A stretch of 64,000 nt of DNA from Octopus vulgaris (lineage: Eukaryota), in assembly GCA_951406725.2 (NCBI GenBank), contig OX597818.1, forward strand, positions 131,626,001 to 131,690,000, given 5' to 3'. Position 1 is the stretch's first letter, and each line of letters begins with the position of its first letter. The notes below the pieces were generated by a model. The model was not told where the DNA came from. It saw nothing but the letters and a program-made list of their open reading frames with translations, and ran no database searches. Of the stretch, positions 25,264 to 38,428 are shown piece by piece. The position numbers and the translations under genes are program-made.

Positions 25264-25476
25264 GGTGGCAAGCTGGCAGAAGTGTTAGCACACCAAACAA
25301 AATTCTACTAAGCATTCTGTCTGTCTGTCTTTATGTTCTGAGTTCAAATGCTGCCCAGGTCAACTTTACCTTTCATCCTTTTGGGGTTGATAAAATAAGT
25401 AACAGCTGTGCACTGGAGTTGATGTAATTGATAACCCCTCCTCCAAAATTTCAGGCTTTGTGCCTATAGTAGAAAG
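24968..25476 (+). mobile_element. Two tandem SINE B (tail 2) copies linked by (ATT)n
   Basis: Copies at about 24968-25190 and 25262-25476, with a ~70-bp (ATT)n between them. Confidence 0.75.
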
Positions 25477-26089
25477 TGATGGTGTTACAATAAATTTATT
25501 CCAATGGTTTCATTTGAGTTTTTGAAGACACCATCATCAGCTGCTCTACATTATTCTTATGGTGCTTCTAGCTTTGTATAAAATGAAAGGAAGAAGATGT
25601 GTGTTACGTTTAATTTGTTACACGCTCAAATGTTTTACAGTTATTTTTTTTTTCAATGCTTGCCTATTATATTATTTGGGTCATTGATTGTTTTACAGCA
25701 GACGCCTTTCTTGATGCTAAAACTGCCTTCTGTGTGCATGTGTGTATATGTGTCCAAGTCTTGTGTCTTGTTTGCACTTACCTCTGTTGGTTGAACTAAC
25801 TTTTAAAGACATGTTTTTTTCCCCATGTCAGTTAAACAGTATTAAATATCCAGTTTAAAGTTTTTGTTCATTCAACTAATTTGGTTGACTGCATCCATCT
25901 TCTGTTAAGGGTCAGTGGTTATAAAATGTAATTTTAAATAAATATACATGCATGCATGTATTGTTACCTGATGTTATCAACAGTGTGGAAGACACAAAGG
26001 AATACATGCAAGCATAATATATTCACAAACACACACACATACACATGCATACACACATGCAGGCAGGTACACACTCACACACCCATACT

Positions 26090-26376
26090 TCATCATCATC
26101 ATCATCGTTTAGCATTCGCTTTCCATGCTGGCATGGGTTGGATGGTGCAACTGGAGTCTGGGAAGCCAGAAAGCTGCACCAGGCCCAGTCTGATTTGGCA
26201 ATGTTTCTATGGCTGGATGCCCTTCCTAACGCCAACCACTCCATGAGTGTAGTGGGTGCTTTTTACATGCCACCAGCACAGGTGCCAGACAGAGCTGGCA
26301 AACGGCCACGATCAGATGGTGCTTTTTACGTGCCACTGGCATGGAGGCCAGGCGAGGCTGGCAACGGCCACGATCA
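26090..26376 (-). mobile_element. Family E retroposon, 2 internal repeats
   Basis: (CAT)n, then ttccatgctggcatgggttgg ... gcccttcctaacgccaaccactcc ... gccagacagagctggcaaacggccacg. Confidence 0.8.
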
Positions 26377-26624
26377 GATTCAAATTTTGGCACAAGGAGA
26401 GCAATTTCCGAGGAGGAAGTAAGTCAATTGCATTGACCCCCCTCCAGTGCTCAACTGGTACTTATTTTATCGATTTTGTAAGGATGAACAACAAAGTCGA
26501 TCTTGGGAGAATTTGAACTCAGTACATAAGAATGGATGAAATGTAGCTAAGAATTTTGCAACGGTGTGCTAATGGTTCTGCCAGCAAACAGCATTTGTTC
26601 ATTTATAAGTTAAATATTCAACAA

Positions 26625-26832
26625 GAGATGCAGCACGGATTTTTGTCAGTGAACAGGTCGCGGATTTTAGCGACGAAAATATTTTGACAAATTAAACTTA
26701 GATGTTGAAGTGAATCGAACGGCTTTTGTGTGTTTCTTAAATGGCTTATAAACACCTTCCACGCTGCAATTGTTTTTGTTTCAGCACACGATCTCAGATC
26801 AAATTACTTGCTATGCAAGTACATCTCCGTAA
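26625..26832. repeat. Unclassified CpG-retaining interspersed element
   Basis: Abrupt CpG-rich block in an AT-rich context, with weakly inverted ends gagatg...catctc. Confidence 0.3.
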
Positions 26833-26879
26833 AGTTAAATATTATTAACTCTTATCGAATGTCAACCAGGTTTTACTTA

Positions 26880-27845
26880 CATCATCATCATCATCATCAT
26901 CATCGTTTAGCGTCCGCTTTCCATGCTAGCATGGGTTGGACGGGTCAACTGGGGTCTGTGAAGCTGGAAGGCTTCATCAGGCCCAGTCAGATCTGGCAGT
27001 GTTTCTACGGCTGGATGCCCTTCCTAACGCCAACCACTCCGCGAGTGTAGTGGGTTTTTTTTTACGTTCCACCTGCACAGGTGCCAGACAGAGCTGGCGA
27101 ACGGCCATGAACGGATGGTGCACGTGTCACCGGCACGGGGCCAGGCGATGCTGGCAACGGACACGAACGGATGGTGCTTTTACGTGCCACCGACATGGGG
27201 CCAGACAGAGCTGGCAACCGGCCACGAACGGACGGTGCTTTTACGTGTCACCGGCACGGGGGCCAGCCGAGGCTGGCAACGGACGCGAACGGATGGTGCT
27301 TTTACGTGCCACCGACACGGTTGCCAGACAGAGCTGGCAAACGGCCACGAGCGGACGGTGCTTTTACGTGTCACCGGCACGGGGGCCAGCCGAGGCTGGC
27401 AACGGACACGGACGGATGGTGCTTTTACGTGCCACCGACATGGGGCCAGACAGAGCTGGCAAACGGCCACGAGCGGACGGTGCTTTTACGTGTCACCGGC
27501 ACGGGGGCCAGCCGAGGCTGGCAACGGACACGGACGGATGGTGCTTTTACGTGCCACCGACATGGGGCCAGACAGAGCTGGCAAACGGCCACGAACGGAT
27601 GGTGCTTTTACGTGCCACCGACACGGGGCCAGACAGAGCTGGCAAACGGCCACGAACGGACGGTGCTTTTATGTGTCACCGGCACGGGGCCAGGCGAGGC
27701 TGGCAACGAACACGAACGGATGGTGCTTTTACGTGCCACCGACACGGGGCCAGGCAGAGCTGGCAAACGGCCATGAGCGAATGGTGCTTTTACATATCAC
27801 CGGCACGGGTGCCAGACGAGGCTGACAGCGGACACGAACAGATGG
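26880..27845 (-). mobile_element. Family E retroposon with an expanded internal tandem array
   Basis: The 3' part (26880-27080) is nearly identical in reverse complement to 59905-60104. It is followed by the tandem array. Confidence 0.85.
27062..27845. repeat. GC-rich minisatellite, 13 units of ~61 bp, alternating A/B variants
   Basis: A = gccagacagagctggcaaacggccacg..., B = gccag(c/g)cgaggctggcaacggacacg.... Order is ABABABABAABAB. Confidence 0.9.
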
Positions 27846-28090
27846 GTCACTTAACCCCTGCTTTCTGATATATGATTTGATTTTGATTGTTCTCACAGAT
27901 CTTCATATTAATGAATTAGACTAAGGTTTATATATCAGATCTGTAGGAAGTAAATCTCCCTATCAGAAGGAAATATATTTACCATCCCCTCACTAATACA
28001 ACAGGAATTGGACACAATAATAATACTAGGCTTCTGCATCATCATTGTTTAAGTTCATGGCTAATATGTAGACCATGTTTATTTAGTTAT

Positions 28091-28505
28091 CTCTTTACTC
28101 TTTCTCTTTACTCTTTTACTTGTTTCAGTCATTTGACTGCGGCCATAGTGGAGCACCGCCTTTAATCGAGTAACTCGACCCCAGGACTTATTCTTTGTAA
28201 GCCCAGTACTTATTCTATCGGTCTATTTTGCCGAACCGCTAGGTGACGGGGACGTAAACACACCAACATCGGTTGTCAAGCAATGCTAGGGGGACAGACA
28301 CAGACACACACAAACACACACACATATATATATACATATATACGACAGGCTTCTTTCATTTTCCATCTACCAAATCCACTCACAAGGCATTGGTTGGCCC
28401 GGGGCTATAGCAGAAGACACTTGCCCAAGATGCCACGCAGTGGGACTGAACCCGGAACCATGTGGTTGGTTAGCAAGCTACATACCACACAGCCACTCCT
28501 GCGCC
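28091..28505 (-). mobile_element. SINE family A, full length
   Basis: Reverse complement of the 4116 element. Confidence 0.85.
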
Positions 28506-29982
28506 TATATTTATTTATTTACTTATTTATTTTTATTTTTGTTTAATTATTCATTCCAAATGATCTAATCCTTTAAGTACAGTGAAAAAAAAAATGGAAT
28601 TGAACTTTGTCTATTGTATATAAGAGTTTCAGTGCAATAGCAGCTTTCAAGACATTGTTTAGGGGATTAAATTAAGGTAGAAATGAATAAGAAATGTTAG
28701 TTTAAGGTCAAAGTACAGAGAGTGAGTAGGTTCAAAAAGTTGCTACCTTGTTTAGGTGAGTAAAAGTAAAATAAATTATTAAAAAAAACAAACACACATA
28801 AAAAAACAAACTAAAAACACAAAAAACATCAATGATAATGACTTGTAATTCTTCTGGCAAACTAGGATGACTCCATAATTACATTGTTAAACACAAGTAG
28901 AGAAAGTAACACTGAGTAAATTAGTAAGATGACGACCCTGTTCTATAAAAGAAGGCATAATTAGATACGTAACATCATCTAAAGCTAATAAACTTCAAAT
29001 TAAAATTTCATACCCTAAAAAGATTTCGCTCAAAGATAATTTTTTTTTCTTATGTTATTTTATATTTTATTACCTTACTGTCTCTTTTTCTTTTTTTAAA
29101 TGTTTCTGTCAATGTTGCAGTAGTAGTAACACAAGTAGTAGTAGTAGTATTAGCAGCAGCAGTAGTAGCAGTAGTAGTTAAAATTAGGAATAGAGTAAGC
29201 TGCTTTTTTTTCTTTTTTTTTTTTAATAACAAGTTTGCAGAATAGCAGTGTGTTAAACTGACAGGCAAAATCAGTGTCAAAAACATGTATTTGTTTTATA
29301 AATAAAAATAAAAATTAAAAGAAAAAGAGAAAAACAACTGAAATAAAAATACAAAAATAAAATTATAGTTCATTGCGTCTTCTCCCAGCAGTTTACTTTT
29401 ACAAAAATGTTACTAGTGACTTCGCCTTAGGCTCTCTACTTTCATTTTATAAAAGCCCTTACTTTTAAAAGATTCTTCTATCAAATACTCTCAATCTCTT
29501 CTTTATCATTCTTCTCTCTTCCTGACTACCATTATCCACTCTAAGTTTCCTTTTCTCTCTCTCCCTCTCTCCTTCTTCTCCTTGTTCTCAAACACAACCT
29601 AACTATCTCTCTCTATCTCTTTCTTTTTCTCACTTGCTATTGTTTATTTAATCCTATTATACACTGTTTCATTGAACTAAAACCAACCAATTAATGATAG
29701 AATGACAGGTTTGATTTTGCTCAAGAAGAGGAAGAGTAGAAATCTATAAATGGTTTGAGATAATAGTTATTTTGGAGTTTTATTCAGGCCTTGAATATTT
29801 CAATACAAAACCTGAATTCTTGACTTAGCAATAAAAGGAAGAAACATGCCAACCCTATTATGTTATACTTCATAATCAAATTTCATTTCCCCATCTTTTG
29901 TTAGGATGTGTTGCATTTTACTTAAGATATTTCAGTCATAATTAAAGTAATCATGAGAAGACCTCATTTCAGTTCATTTTTA

Positions 29983-30033
<51 letters not shown>

Positions 30034-31450
30034 CATTATTATTTATTAATTTTTTTCCTTAGTTTTTTTTTTCCGTCCTCTCAAAGCATATCATCATTGA
30101 GTTTCTGATTTGAAATTCCTGGTTTACAGATTTACTTCTGCTTTGAAAGCAACAACAATAATAAATAATAATAACAACAACAATAAGCTTGAAGAATTCA
30201 TTGGATTTAATAGTAAACTACATTGTATCAATATTTAACCTATTCTGAAATTTGAAGCCTTTTTCCCATGAATGGACTGGATGTAAATTCAAGACAAAAA
30301 TCCTTATGAACATGAACAATTAATGTTTGCTACGAAATGTTCTTGCCAATATGAAGAAAACAAACAAGTTATATTTTGTTTTTTGTTTTTTCTTTTTTTT
30401 TTTTTTTTTGTTAATCTCTTTTTTCAAGAAACCAAAATAGAAAAAAAAAATATATTATAATATAAGAACTAAATTAAAGACAAGATAAAAAAAAAAGCAC
30501 AAATTTATTTGACCAGAAAACACAGAAGAACAGATTCTTTGTGAATATGTTAAAAATAAACTTTGAATGCAACCCAAAAATAATATCAATTAATCAACCG
30601 TTAAGATTTACTGCATGAAATTAAAAGGTAGAAGGAAAAATAAAGAAAGAAAAGAAAACAATCCTTCATCCACTGCATGTTCAATAAGATATTCTTAAAT
30701 TTTCCTCTAATTATCATAAATAATCCTTTAAAATCCTCTTTAGAATATAATACTGTAAATCCTTCCCTGGTCTTTCCTTTACCCCAGGGAAGTTTGCATG
30801 ATCAATATCCTTTTAGAATGGCAAGCATATATCTATCGCCAGTACAATGTAAAGTTATTTACAGTTGAATGCATCCAGATCTGGTAAGGGATTCTTTTGA
30901 TCCCAGTATTTAGCAAGTGATTGACTTTGCAAAAAGGACTACTGATGTGGTAGGGATTACACCACTTTAAGCTACATGCTCATGCAGACTCCTCTGTGAT
31001 TGTTTTACATACAAACGGATTAAAATAGAATGTACTGGACCTTAACAAAACCTATCGTCAACTCAAATTATAAGAGTCACAGTGAATGCTATGCTTCATG
31101 CGAATAAGCAAAACACTAGAATTTAACTGTCTTTCACAGCATCAGATTAAGCAATACTGGAACATTGTATGCTAGGGATTCTTGCTCTTTCAGTTAGAAA
31201 AAGCTAATAAAGATTAATGTGTTCTAAAGACAAGGTTTCAAATCTTTAACATACATCAGTATTTCCGAATTTTTGGAAATCTTTGTAATACAATCCATGT
31301 GGCTGTGTAGTAAGAAGCTTGGTTCCCATCAACGTGGTCCCAGGTTCAGTCCCACTGTGTGGCACTTTGGGCAAGTGTCTTCTACCATAGTCTCAGGCCG
31401 ACTAAAGATATGTGAGTGGATTTGGTAGATGGAAACTGAAAGAAGCTCAA

Positions 31451-31550
31451 CATACATACATACATACATACATACATACATACATACATACATACATACA
31501 TACATACATACATACATACATACATACATACATACATACATACATACATA
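31451..31550. repeat. (CATA)n microsatellite, ~25 units
   Basis: Perfect tetranucleotide tract. Confidence 0.95.
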
Positions 31551-32432
31551 CAGGGCGCGGTGAATATGTTGTCTAAATTATGGAAAAATGAAAATAACAC
31601 AGACATCTCATTTTAACAGATATAGTATTAAAATTACATAAAAATATCTCGAAATGCTAAACAGTAAATTTATTCAATAAAATCGCTATTAGCCTCAACC
31701 ACAGCCTCCAGATGACTTTGGAATCTTCTGCAACTCTTGTGGATGGTCTCCTTGTTTAAGTTGGTGAACACAGCCATAATTTTTGCCTTCAGTTCATCTT
31801 TGGTGTTACAAGGGGTTTTGTTGGTCATTCACTCAACTGCACCCCACACATAATAACCAAGGGGGTTGTAGTCTGGAGAGTTAGGTGGCCAAATGTTAGG
31901 GGTGATGTGGTCACAGAAATTGTCTGACAGTCATAACTGGATTCTGCTGCTTGTGTGACATGATGCAGTGTCCTGTTGCCAGATATAGGGTCTTCCAGCA
32001 GCCACCCTCTTGATCCAGGGCAGGACTACCTCCCCCAAGCACTTGATGTAGACCTCCGTGTTGAGTCTGAGCCCGTGTAGGAAGATGAATGGAGGCATAA
32101 CTTCGCCATCACTAGTTGTCACTTCAAACACCATAATGTTGACTGGCTGTTTGATTTTTTATCACACTTGGTACATGTTTTGGGGGCACAGCAAGCCAAC
32201 GATTGTTCTACGTATTCACTATTTGTTTGTATTTGAGCTTCCAGTGTGAATGCTAAGCAGTACAGCATGTCATTTCCAAATTTCTGGCAGAGTGAATTGC
32301 ATCATGGTGCTATTTTTCTCACAGACAGTGCACAACTGGCCCTACTATACTGTGTAGTCGACAAAATCAAAAACAAAGAATGTGCATGCATGAAATTAAA
32401 AATATAAAATGGCAACAATTTACCCATACCTG
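31551..32432 (-). mobile_element. Defective Tc1/mariner transposon, DD37D (maT) type
   Basis: Minus strand: YIWQQD-TASCHTSSRIQL*LSDNFCDHITPNIWPPNSPDYNPL-G(D)YYVWG. There are 37 residues between the second D and the third catalytic position, which is mutated to G. Imperfect cagg...ttg(t/c)c TIRs, TA flanks, internal stops, and an apparent internal deletion. Confidence 0.85.
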
Positions 32433-32659
32433 TATATATTTATGTGTGTGTGTGTTTATTCCCCCACCCCCAAATTAGATCAATAGAATAAGCACTAGGT
32501 TTACAAAGAATAAATCCTGGAGTCGAAGTCTTTGACTGAAGCCCATTATGGTGGTGTTCCAGTATGGCCACAGTCAAATGACTGAAATGAGTAAAAAGAT
32601 AAAAGAATTTCAGGGACCACACATATTAATAATAAATATGTCATTATTAATTTTTCTTG

Positions 32660-32886
32660 GATCGTAATCATGTAAAGTAAAGTAAATATAACAAATAATC
32701 CAGAATCCTTGTCTGGTACCGAATCGATCCCAAAATCTAATCAGTTTGTAGCAGTCATAAGGCCAAACATCCCTGAATGATTCATCCGAATCCATCCAGC
32801 AGTTCTTGAGATATCTTGTCCACAGGCAAACAAACAAACATGACTGAAAACAATACCTCTGCTTTTGCTAAGGAGGAGGTAATAAT
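32660..32886 (+). mobile_element. Helentron/HINE-like non-autonomous element 3' end
   Basis: ...gagatatcttgtccacaggcaaacaaacaaac...gaaaacaatacctctgctt-ttgct-aaggaggaggtaat, forming a terminal hairpin. Confidence 0.5.
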
Positions 32887-33070
32887 GATGATTTTGGCAC
32901 AGGGTCAACAAGTTCAGAGGAGGGAGTAAGGGTGACCCCCTAGTACCTATTTTATTGACTCTGAAAGGATGAAAGGCAAAGTTGAATTTGAGCTCAGAAC
33001 ATGAATATAGGCAAAATGCTGCTAAGCATTTTGTACAGTATGCTAATGATTTTGCCAGCTTGCCACCTTC

Positions 33071-33509
33071 ATGGCTACCCACATGGTTCTTGGTCTCAAG
33101 CATTTGTCTTATGAAGAAAGGCTGAAGACGCTCGACCTTTATTCTCTAGAAAAACGCCGCCGCCGTGGTGATCTCATTCTTGCTCACAACATCATAAGCG
33201 GAAAGTGTAACCTCTCGAAAGAGCTGTTCTTCACTCCTGCTCCAGAGCATTGGCTGCGTGGTCCCTCCGAAAAGCTCTATCTGCGACGATTTCATCTCAA
33301 TTGAAGGAGAGGGGCTTTCTCCGTCCGGGTTGTGGAATAAGCTGCCGGACGAGATAGTGAAGATGCCGACGACCACTCGGTTCAAAGTCTCCCTTGACCA
33401 CAAATGGCCTGAACTCTTTACATGAACACCCTCCCTGTACATAACTCCATGTCCCCCTACATGGCCTTGCTTTTTGCTTTTTGAGCCAAAAAATTAACTA
33501 ACTAACTAA
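33071..33509 (+). pseudogene. 5'-truncated CR1-clade LINE, second family, (AACT)n tail
   Basis: ATHMVLGLKHLSYEERLKTLDLYSLEKRRRRGDLI with a stop/frameshift. About 90% similar (estimated by eye) to 54290-54739. Confidence 0.85.
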
Positions 33510-34207
33510 TGTCTCAAATATAAGTACAAGGTTGAAATTTGGAGTACTGAGTTTAATCAATTAAATCAACCCAAACAATAATCGTTATTTCATTTTACTG
33601 ACTGTCGAGGGACAAAAGGCTACACACTTATGAACATACTTCAAGGACTCAGTCACCAACACACTTCCAAGGAACATTTCCCTCTTCACTAAAGGCATAT
33701 TAAAGCAATTATAATATTATAACTATAATATATAATTATAATACACAATAAATGAAACACTTCAGAAATTTGCTTGTATTCTTCGCTGATGAGTAATCTC
33801 ATTTATCCATAATTAAATTTTGATGTCTATTGGTTATTTCATGTATAATAATAACTATATTTGCATGATGCTTGTTTTGCATCAACCAAAAATAAACTGG
33901 TCTTTCATACTCAACTTTCACAGGTTTATGCAGGGATATAACAATTACGAGAGTGCATTAAGTGGGTCGGGTACTGGACAATTGATTCAGATATTACTAG
34001 TTCATATCTTACCATGAACACTGCATTGTATTTGTAGCCAAGATGTTTAATATTTATATTAAAATAACTAACACATTGCATTATCAACTGGCTGTAAAAT
34101 TAACAACATTTAATTAGTGTGCAATGCAGAATTCAACTCTTCTGTTGTAATTTGTAATTTCAAGTATGCAGTCATAGACAAATTTAACACTTCAATCAAT
34201 GATATAG

Positions 34208-34608
34208 CTTTACTCTTTACTCTTTTACTTGTTTCAGTCATTTGACTGCGGCCATGCTGGAGCACCGCCTTTAGTCGAGCAACTCGACCCCGGAACTTAT
34301 TCTTTTGTAAGCCCAGTACTTATTCTATCGGTCTCTTTTGCCGAACCGCTAAGTAACAGGGACATAAACACACCAGCATCGGTTGTCAAGCAATGCTAGG
34401 GGGACACACACACACACACACACACATATATATTGTACATATATACGACGGGCTTCTTTCAGTTTCCGTCTACCAAATCCACTCACAAGGCTTTGGTCGG
34501 CCCGAGGATATAGTAGAAGACACTTGCCCAAGGTGCCACGCAGTGGGACTGAACCCGGAACCATGTAGTTGGTAAACAAGCTACTTATCACACAGCCACT
34601 CCTGCGCC
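34208..34608 (-). mobile_element. SINE family A, full length
   Basis: Reverse complement of the family A consensus. Confidence 0.85.
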
Positions 34609-36866
34609 TATCTATCTTTTAAAAATAATGAAAAACTGTTGTATTACAGCCCAGTATGCACAAGCACAGAACCCCACTGATGTCTAGAGCAAGTAATCAA
34701 CATAGCAATCCTCTTCTCCATCCTCCCCTCCTCCTCTTCTGCCCCTCCTCTTCTGCCCCTCCTCTTCTGCCCCCCTCTTCCATTTCCCTTTGATATCCCT
34801 TTCCAATGCTTGCATGGGTCAGGCCAAATTTGTTAAGGCAGATTTTCTGTGACAAACTTTTGTCAGTTCCCAAGGAAAATATTTCCCTCATTGACCAGAC
34901 ATGTTTTCACAGAAGATTGGAAATAAAGGACATTGTTTCTATGATGGTTGCACTCATTTACAAAGATTGTACAATGTGATTGTGTTCTGAGTTCAAATTC
35001 TGCTGAGGATGACTTTGCCTTTCATTCTTTCGGGGTCAATAAATTAAGTACTAGTTTTAAGTACTAGTTGCATACTGGGGGTAATCTAATCAACTGGCCC
35101 CCTACCCCAAAATTTCAGGCCTTGTGCCTAGAGTAGAAACGAATATGAAGACAGAGACACTGAGAGATAACATACATGACAGGTGTCTTTTAATATTTGT
35201 TTATCAAATCCACTCACAAGGCTTTCATTGCCCATGCAGAAGGCTACTAATCAACATAGTTGAGAGATGGTTTTCTTAGCTACATTGCCAGAAGAGCCAA
35301 TACTACATTCTCCATATATCTTCAGAAAGAACATTTTGAAAAAAATGTCAAAAAGTAATTCATAAAGAAAACAAAAACTTACTAATTAACAACAGAAGCT
35401 GCAATAAAATGAAGTCATTGTTTTTCTTTTTCCTTCTTTTTCTTTCCCTATTTTTCTTTTCTTAAGGTTTTCTCCAACTTTCTATTCAAATCAAGAAATA
35501 CTCTTTCCTGGTATTTTGATGTCTTAAAGCTCACCTAATTTTGTTGCAATTAAGACCAGCTGCTTTTGTAGGCCTGTATTATTCATCCTCTGCTTGTCAT
35601 GGGACAGTTAACCATTTATCATTAAAAGTGGTTAAAATAATTCCATAGGTAAACAACTGCTGAAGTGTGAAGTACATCTACAATTGGACATGGAACCCTT
35701 TAAGTTACGGATTATAAAGAATTTCCATGCTCCAGAATTTGTAGAATACTGTATTTTTTGATATAGAAGTTGAATTTTTTCAGATCAAAATTTACATCCA
35801 AAAAACATGTCAGCTTCTACATCAAGATGACTTTGGAGCACCAAATTTCTATGTAAAATGCAGCAGGATTTGGAAAGATAGTGAAGATGTCCAAATATTT
35901 ACATACATGTTTAAGCTTTATACTTCATTGACTTGTATGCCAGAAAATACAGTAATAAAGCTGTTTTACAAAGGCCAGTACAGATGCACAGGACTCTTGT
36001 GACATCATGTAATTCTATTGTTAGTCATTAACATGACAATATAAGACAATTAATAAAATATCTAATGAAACATCTTACAATGCATCAGCAGAGACCACTC
36101 TAGTTCAGAATTTATCAATAGAACAGAGTTCACCTTGGAATTGGATTGAAATTTTAGATTTTGATTCAGATTTCAAACTGTTCATGATTGCTAGTATATA
36201 ACATTTCATTTCACATTAAAACTTATCAGGAACAAGCATCCAGTACCAGGTGGATATCTTGTACATCCACAAGGGAGAGCCACTATGCATAAAGATACAT
36301 GTGACTTGTGCATGATCTATCTCTCACATGCACGCTGTGTATCTATGTGTTTATATACATGCATACATATATACACGCATGCATGCACACACACACACAC
36401 ACATTGATGGAACGACATCATACAAAATGACGCAAAGACATCAAACATCAAACTCATAAATGTTTACTTGCAGATATTACAGATAAATATAAATAAACAT
36501 TTATTTGCATAGAAAAGTGTTAATTTTATTCAATTTTGAAAAATCTTTATAACATTTATTCATTGATTCAGTTTTCTTTGAAGTATTATGATAGAAAAGC
36601 ATAAAAGTAAAAATTAAAAAAAAAAAAATGAAAAGAAACAATAATTATAATTTATAAATAAAAAATATTTTATTCAGAAAATATGATTTTTAAAAGTTTC
36701 TGTCTTCCACAATTTCATGGTTTCCAAAAGTCTATTATGCAGAATCTTATGACATCACACTGAAATGATGACTGAATGTTCCTTTTGTTTGGTTTTGATA
36801 TTTTTAAAATTTTTATTTTCTGATTAGAACTTTTTCAAAAGCAAAGCAATACAGAAAGAGATGAAG

Positions 36867-36868
<2 letters not shown>

Positions 36869-36943
<75 letters not shown>

Positions 36944-36950
36944 GTGTGTG
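36869..36950. repeat. (GT)n microsatellite followed by a GA-rich low-complexity tract
   Basis: About 40 GT units. Confidence 0.95.
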
Positions 36951-37374
36951 AAACATATAAGATTGTCAGAACAGAGTGAGAAAGGGTGAGAGTATAAAAG
37001 TGATGAGATAAAAAGAAACAAAAAAGAAAGAAAGAAAGAAGGGAAAGATATAAACCATGAGAGAAAGAAAGATATGTAAGAGGCAAGGGAAAAGTAGGAG
37101 AAGAGAATGAGTGTGAGGAAGACAGAAAGACAGACAGACAGACAGACAGGAATGAAAATCGCAAAAAGTAAAAGGAAAGGAAAAAAAACTATAGGAAGAT
37201 AAGTGGTAAGAGTAGGATGAAGTAAAAAGAGGCAAACCATGTATTCCCAAAGTATTAAATTATTAAATTTAAAAACATGTTTAAATTAAAGTCTGGCTTT
37301 ACTTATGGGATAGACTCAGAGAAGAATAAAAGTGAGGTGGTGGTATGAATCTATACAGATATATATATATATAT

Positions 37375-37655
37375 GTGTGGAGGCCTAGTAGTTAGGGCAG
37401 CAGACTCGAGGTTGCAGGATCGCGGTTTCGATTCCCAGACCGGGCGTTGTGTGTGTTTATTGAGCGAAAACACCTAAAAGCTCCACAAGGCTCCGGCAGG
37501 GGGTGGTGATCCCTGCTGTACTCTTTCTTCTGTTGGCCTGCTCGCTTAGCCAGCGGGGTGGCGTCATTCGAAGGCTAAAAGCAATGCGAACGCATTGTGA
37601 CCAGCGATGTGTAACAACATCTGATGGTCTGGTCCATCACGTGATCACGTGATAT
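37375..37655 (+). mobile_element. SINE family C, tail type 2, with small deletions
   Basis: Matches 3214-3520. B box gtttcgattccc. Confidence 0.8.
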
Positions 37656-37714
37656 ATATATATGGTATATTGCAGTAAAAACAGAGAGAGTAGCAGTAAG
37701 TACATCTTTAAAAA

Positions 37715-38350
37715 TCTTTTTACTTGCTTTAATCAGTTGACTGTGGCCATGCTGGGGCACCTCCTTCAAGGGTGTTAAGTCGAACTAACTGACCCCAGGA
37801 CTTATTCTTTGTAAGCCTAGTACTTATTCTATCAGTCTCTCTTGTCAAACAGCTAGGTTACAGAGACATAAACACACCAATATAGGTTGTCAAGCGATGG
37901 TGGGTGGACAAACATTGACACAAAGACACACACACCTAAATACATCCCCCTCATATCATCATCATCATTTAACATCCGCTTTCCATGCTAGCATGGGTTG
38001 GACGATTTTGACTGAGGACTAGCGAACCAGATGGCTGCACCAGGGCTCCAATCTTGATCTGGCAGAGTTTCTATAGCTGGATGCCCTTCCTAATGCCAAC
38101 CACTCTGAGAGTGTAGTGGGTGCTTTTATGGGCCACCGGCATGGGGGCCAGTCAGGCAGTACTGGCAACGACCACACTCAAATGTTTTTTTCACGTGCCA
38201 GTAAGGTGACGCTGGTAACGATCACGCTCAAATGGTGCCTTTTACGTGCCACGGCACAGAAGCCACTTAGCTGCTCTGGCAATGATCACAGACGGATGGT
38301 GCTCTTAGTGCCCTACTAGCATGGGGCACAGGTGCCAGTAAGGCAACACT
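37715..38350 (-). mobile_element. SINE A 3' part (37715-37935) interrupted by a family E element (37955-38350)
   Basis: Diverged family A tail. (CAT)n plus ttccatgctagcatgggttggacg and degenerate internal repeats. A piece of the A 5' body reappears at 38586-38635. Confidence 0.65.
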
Positions 38351-38428
38351 TGTATATATATATATATATATACATATACAAATAAATTAAAAAATGGAGT
38401 TGAACGACGAATTAACAAAATTCCTTTA

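Larger units (their letters stand above)
31297..32607 (+). mobile_element. SINE family A split by a maT transposon
   Basis: Head at 31297-31450, then (CATA)n, and the tail resumes at 32433-32607. Confidence 0.75.

Noticed and set aside
27062-27845. CRISPR array
   Set aside because: The units are contiguous near-identical repeats with no unique spacers, there are no cas genes, and the context is eukaryotic.
26936-27868. 310-, 236- and 201-aa ORFs as a real repetitive protein
   Set aside because: All three frames are open because the 61-bp unit has no stop codon and cycles through the frames. The N-terminus is antisense retroposon sequence also seen at 59659-60051.
28741-28762. Recursive splice site (ttgtttag|GTGAGT)
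   Set aside because: The pyrimidine tract is short. Such motifs are expected by chance in 64 kb of AT-rich DNA, and the host transcript strand is unknown.
33786-33830. CTGATGAG hammerhead core
   Set aside because: No downstream helix II plus GAAA could be identified.
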